Shown: piece by piece, positions 28,053 through 32,000 of the stretch
How the letters are laid out: every line of letters starts with the position of its first letter
Position numbering within the stretch: the stretch's first letter is position 1
Position numbers and translations under genes: made by a program
Source: Xylella taiwanensis
GTDB taxonomy: Bacteria > Pseudomonadota > Gammaproteobacteria > Xanthomonadales > Xanthomonadaceae
NCBI RefSeq assembly: GCF_013177435.1
Contig: NZ_CP053627.1
Span: 2,700,001-2,732,000 of the forward strand
DNA length: 32,000 bases
Direction: 5' to 3'
The notes under the pieces: model-generated
Told to the model about the DNA's origin: nothing
The model's database searches: none
The model's input: only the letters and a program-made list of their open reading frames with translations

Positions 28053-28090
28053 GCATTACTGCAATCGATATTGCAGTAATGCGGGGTCTT
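28053..28090 (+). terminator. 30-nt perfect palindrome followed by a short T-run; likely terminator of the methyltransferase gene
   Basis: GCATTACTGCAAT CGAT ATTGCAGTAATGC (28053-28082) is followed by GGGGTCTTTTG. It lies 85 nt after the TAA at 27966-27968. Confidence 0.5.
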
Positions 28091-28803
28091 TTGCTGCGCT
28101 CACCGTTGACCATCAGCAGATAGATGCACCAACCCAAGGACTCGAACAACACACAACAATCAGCACGACCACACGCTGTCAGAGTGGAGAGGCACATCTT
28201 CAACACATCCTGACGACAACGGAACTCTGTCAACACGACGACAGCAATGCCTGTATGACGCTCAGCATGCCATTGACGTCAACACCGGGTGGTGACCTCT
28301 GATCGCAGACACTCTTCAGCAATCAAGGGCGGCACTGCCACGGCAAACACTCGCTAAGCACCTGCGGATCGCTCTGACAAGCGATGCGACGTGCTGCCTG
28401 ATACCTCCCTCCATCCTGAGCAAGGGTCCACGGTCACATCACATCGAGTCACTCCCAGACATCAGTCAAGCTGCCGCGCTGAGGTCAGTGTACTTAAAGC
28501 TGTTTTACACGCTTCAATCAGCAGCGCAAGGCACACTCGTCATCCTACCTACAGCATCGAGTTCCAATCCTTCCAAGCTTGCACCAACAACGGCCAAGCA
28601 TGGATCAGTATCACAGGACGGTAAGTGTTACCGCGATTGTCCAGATAACAACAAACGTGAAAAGTCTCTGGGGGCAAGAGCCGTCCTGGCTATGAACCGC
28701 CTGCTCACAGCAGGATCAGGTACTCAAAGAGCACCGACGCCAGCGGTAATATTCAGGCTGCCACCCCACTCAGCTGCAACAACAACCTGAAGCAGTGTCG
28801 GCT

Positions 28804-30579
28804 TTACTCGGAAAACTGGACATTCCCATCGACAGCATAGGCTTTGGAGGCCGCATGCTTGGGCAAGCCAGGCAGCGTATCGATAAGCGTCTGGCCACGG
28901 ATGTCTGTCATGCGGATCGACAACGGTTGGTTACCCAGTCGGCTGCCGACAAAGTAGTTGTAATTCTTTTTTGGCAAATTCAACCAGGCACCATCCTGAC
29001 ATACCTCCAGTTTGAGCACTGGATACCTATGCTGGCGTACTTGGATCGCTGCCCACCATCCCGAGCTCCCCTTTTTCACCCGATACATCACGTTGCCGCT
29101 CACCGGTGCAGAGACTACTTTCCATTGCACCGGGATACGCCCCTGGGCGATGTTGCCGATACTGGCAAATGCGTTCGGCGAAAGATCTAATCCACCAGAA
29201 GATCCGGTGGGATATCGATCTGTTACATAGACGGTCGTGCTTCCCTTCGGACCTTGCACACGCAGGTAAGCACCGGCCATCGCAGCGGGGACCCCTCCCA
29301 GATTAAGTTGAGTGGGATTCAGTGCGGTGATATGCGCATCGGACTGGATCGGATCCAGCATCAATGCGCCGCCCTTGTAACCAGAATAGGTATAGGTGGC
29401 AGTACCACGGAAAGAGGTGTCCCACCCATCAATCGGCATGCTGCTGTCACTCGCAACACATTCACTGGTATCTGTCCCTGTTTGATGCGTACTCGCATTA
29501 CTCTCAGTGGCAACATCCACACGGCTCACCCCCCACCAACGATGCAGCTGCGCAACCAATGCTACCCGTGGGGTACGCCCGTCTTTATCCAACATGCCAA
29601 ACGGCACCTGTGCTGAGGTCATCCAAGAGGCATGAAAACCATCGCGTATGCCGAGTGCCAGCAATGCATCCACCCGATGCCCGAGCTGTACCGCATCCGT
29701 GGCATCCAGGGAGTTGGGTAACACCGGATGCTTTCCCACTAATGCGGCGAGCTCAGCATGCCAAGCAATACGCTCAGCTTCAGTATCGAGGCCACTGCTC
29801 GTTAAGCGCGGCAGCAACAACACATTTCGATCAGGCACGTGTAACGGTACACAATGCTGCGATTGTAGGTTGTCATCGGACATGGGTGCGGCTGCATCCA
29901 AGCATGGTGGATGGGCAGCAACACTCTGCACACCGATCAGCCAGTCAGGAGCAATCGCCAAAATTGCAGCAGCGGCACGCTCGGCGGCACGGTTCCAATC
30001 ACGCGCCAGATCACCGCTACCCTGAAGTGCGCCGCTGTATGCCATGTCGGCCAAGTCCACGCCAATGACCGCCTTTTGTTGAGCACGATAGCGCGACGCG
30101 ATGAATTGTAGATCGGCAATCCATTGATGCTCTGGTTCATCCGCGCTGTACCATAACGGGTCTTGACTCAGGGCACACCCCAGACCGTGATACGCCAGGA
30201 GGACCCGCATACCACGTTGCCCAGCTTCATCCACGATCGCGTCGGCAAGTTCCAACGCGCTACGTCCCTTCAGATCGGGATTGCGCCCAAGATCCAGGTT
30301 GACGGGCATCGCACCATGCAAGCTGGCCGAACACAGCGGCAGACGGATCGCATTAATGCCTAGCTTCTGCATCTGGTCGAGTACCTCACGCCAGTTACGC
30401 TGATCCAACCCTTGCGGCATGTGCTGGAGCGTTTCCAAACCACGCCAGTTAACGCCGTGGAGCGCCTCGACAAAGTGTGCATCAGGCACTGGATTTTGGG
30501 CCTCAACCGTTCCACCGTACATCACTGACACCACGCAGCCACACACCGCAAGCCAAAGTAAGATCGTCAAGCGTCGCAT
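28804..30579 (-). CDS. Secreted two-module protein: N-terminal GH5-like domain lacking the catalytic signature, fused to a C-terminal bacterial expansin (EXLX1/YoaJ type)
   Basis: 591 aa from ATG 30579 (MRRLTILLWLAVCGCVVSV..., GAGGT upstream); the track start TTG 30621 is rejected. Residues ~50-365 of the track ORF (nt ~29527-30474) are homologous to the GH5 domain at 19902-21479. The C-terminal ~200 aa (nt ~28807-29440) are near-colinear with my recollection of B. subtilis EXLX1: TATYTYSGYKGGAL.LDPI.SD..ITA.NP..LN.GGV.AA.AG.YL.V.GPKG.TTVYVTD.YP......LDLSPNAF..IGN...G.I...W.VV.AP..GN..YR.K.GSS.WWAAIQVR.H.YPV.K.E...DG.W......YN.F......G...L..RMTDIRG.....T.P.LP......KAY.V.G.VQF.E. Confidence 0.9.
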   Translation of the reverse strand: MRRLTILLWLAVCGCVVSVMYGGTVEAQNPVPDAHFVEALHGVNWRGLETLQHMPQGLDQRNWREVLDQMQKLGINAIRLPLCSASLHGAMPVNLDLGRNPDLKGRSALELADAIVDEAGQRGMRVLLAYHGLGCALSQDPLWYSADEPEHQWIADLQFIASRYRAQQKAVIGVDLADMAYSGALQGSGDLARDWNRAAERAAAAILAIAPDWLIGVQSVAAHPPCLDAAAPMSDDNLQSQHCVPLHVPDRNVLLLPRLTSSGLDTEAERIAWHAELAALVGKHPVLPNSLDATDAVQLGHRVDALLALGIRDGFHASWMTSAQVPFGMLDKDGRTPRVALVAQLHRWWGVSRVDVATESNASTHQTGTDTSECVASDSSMPIDGWDTSFRGTATYTYSGYKGGALMLDPIQSDAHITALNPTQLNLGGVPAAMAGAYLRVQGPKGSTTVYVTDRYPTGSSGGLDLSPNAFASIGNIAQGRIPVQWKVVSAPVSGNVMYRVKKGSSGWWAAIQVRQHRYPVLKLEVCQDGAWLNLPKKNYNYFVGSRLGNQPLSIRMTDIRGQTLIDTLPGLPKHAASKAYAVDGNVQFSE

Positions 30580-31422
30580 CTCATACCTCGTTTGTGCTGG
30601 ACTGACACATAGCACTGCCAATATCGCAGCGCTGTGTTAGTGAAGGCTATCAACCAAGCCGATCATATCTGTATCCAGGCTACTTCATCACCGCCGCAAC
30701 GGTCACTTCACGTGTGCAATCAATACCTGATGACGCCGTACTTCACCTTGCAATCGTCAAACGGAACACCCTGACCGAGCCAATTCTCCCAATTGCCATG
30801 AGCAGCGCTCACAACAGCCAAAGCAGATGGACTGCTCGATGGACGCATCAATTTAAGATCAAACGACAGGTTCGAACATGCGGCAATGTCCGGTCGAAAT
30901 TCAGGAAAACGCGGCGGCAACTACTATCCACTCCATCTTTAAACAGCGTGTAATGCTGTGTCATTTGCTCACTTTGCTGAGACTGCGCTTGTGGCAGCGG
31001 CTCGCTCTCATCATTTCACAGCATCAGCACTGACTTCACAACTCCGACACACATCTGCGTCACCTGACGTGTGTTGCTCCGCACCGCCCCACCACACCGG
31101 TGTAGATAGCAACTGCTCAGCACACACTTTCACCGCAACAACTTAACCCTCCCAAAGTGTTTAACGATACAAACCAACTTGCATCCAAAACTAAAGAGTT
31201 AAACGGCATCGTTATTTATCAACGGACCCAATCTGATGCCTACCAGCGGCTACAGCCGAAATACACAAAATCACACCAGCACAAACAAAGCATTCATCCA
31301 ACGGGATTGGAATCTACGAGTGTACGGTCCAACAATCTGCAGCGAGATCATCGAATACAGTCGATGCCTCAAAGCTAATAAGCCTCCCATCAAGGCATCT
31401 CTGAAGATCGGGGGTCTGAAAT

Positions 31423-32000
31423 TCAAGTCACTAGACCATGGCAATGTTTGTACTTTTTACCACTACCACAAGGACACGGATCGTTGCGACCAACTTTGGG
31501 CGTATCACGAATGACCTGGGCGACGGTCGCCACTTGGCCGGCAGACTGGCGCTGTAACGAAGCAACGTCATCATCGGCACCGTAGCCGCCCGACTCTTGA
31601 TGCTGAAACTGTGATTGACGTAACAAGGCATCGATCTGACGACGCTCCTGTTCCTCCAGCGCAGCCATTTCTTCCTCGCTACGGATACGCATCCGCGCGA
31701 GCGAGGCAATCACCTCACGCTTTACATGCTCCAACATTTCGGAGAACAACTCGAATGCTTCACGTTTGTACTCTTGCTTAGGCTGCTTTTGCGCATAGCC
31801 ACGCAAGTGAATACCTTGGCGCAAGTAATCCATTGTGGCTAGATGTTCCTTCCAACATTGGTCAAGCACCGTCAACATCACATGCTTTTCCAGCGCACGC
31901 ATCGTCTCGGAACCGATAGAAGCCTCTCTTTCAGCACAATGTTTATCCACCGCATCCTGCACCAGAAGAGTAATCCGCTCGGCGTCGACTTCCTCGCGAC
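31423..32000 (-). CDS. secA: Preprotein translocase ATPase SecA, 3' (C-terminal) portion; 5' end outside the window
   Basis: The frame is open to the window edge (...[20 protein letters not shown]...). It has the conserved blocks [36 protein letters not shown] and the C-terminal zinc-binding tail [19 protein letters not shown]. Confidence 0.93.
   Translation of the reverse strand, partial: REEVDAERITLLVQDAVDKHCAEREASIGSETMRALEKHVMLTVLDQCWKEHLATMDYLRQGIHLRGYAQKQPKQEYKREAFELFSEMLEHVKREVIASLARMRIRSEEEMAALEEQERRQIDALLRQSQFQHQESGGYGADDDVASLQRQSAGQVATVAQVIRDTPKVGRNDPCPCGSGKKYKHCHGLVT

Noticed and set aside
30720-30920. 66-aa minus-strand ORF ending ...AHGNWENWLGQGVPFDDCKVKYGVIRY, which looks like a conserved C-terminal fragment
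   Set aside because: Only the last ~25 residues look protein-like and the N-terminal part is low-complexity. There is no start context and I cannot assign it to a family.
1-32000. Search for mobile elements, prophage, defence systems, toxin-antitoxin pairs or secondary-metabolite clusters
   Set aside because: There are no transposase, integrase, recombinase, phage structural, restriction-modification, cas, Abi or TA-like ORFs. No terminal inverted repeats or tRNA-flanked boundaries are present, and every sizeable ORF has an ordinary housekeeping or secreted-hydrolase assignment.

Overview
This is a chromosomal core-genome segment. Its gene content, order and composition look like Xylella fastidiosa or a close Xanthomonadaceae relative; that placement is inference, since no search was possible. 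I support 18 protein-coding genes. In order: a 5'-truncated UbiH/VisC-type monooxygenase, an AraC regulator divergent from mdaB, a cysB <-> cysG-cysK sulfur-assimilation cluster, and three co-oriented minus-strand glycolysis genes (class I fba, pyk, pgk). Then gltX followed 17 bp later by zur, a secreted PA-domain M28 peptidase, a secreted GH5 endoglucanase with a (PNPNPG)n linker and CBM2, and a secreted double-module M16 zinc peptidase. The last four are a DUF2076-like protein, a class I SAM methyltransferase, a secreted GH5-like/expansin fusion, and the 3' end of secA. I found no rRNA, tRNA, CRISPR array, transposase, integrase, phage gene or recognisable defence or toxin-antitoxin module, and I see no evidence for a novel multi-gene system. 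Four things seem worth a second look. (1) The GH5 module of the expansin fusion has lost both catalytic glutamates and the other GH5 signature blocks when aligned to the intact paralog 8 kb away, yet its ORF and expansin module are intact. (2) Only about two thirds of the window is convincingly coding. The rest lies in nine spacers of 0.5-2.0 kb, most of them strongly A+C-rich on the + strand whatever the orientation of flanking genes. (3) Those spacers hold small structured or repeated elements: a dispersed ~36-nt repeat, orphan hairpins, and a truncated signal-peptide ORF. (4) There are minor tandem repeats with VNTR potential. Several ORF-track starts use alternative codons upstream of the likely true ATG, and I adjusted those.
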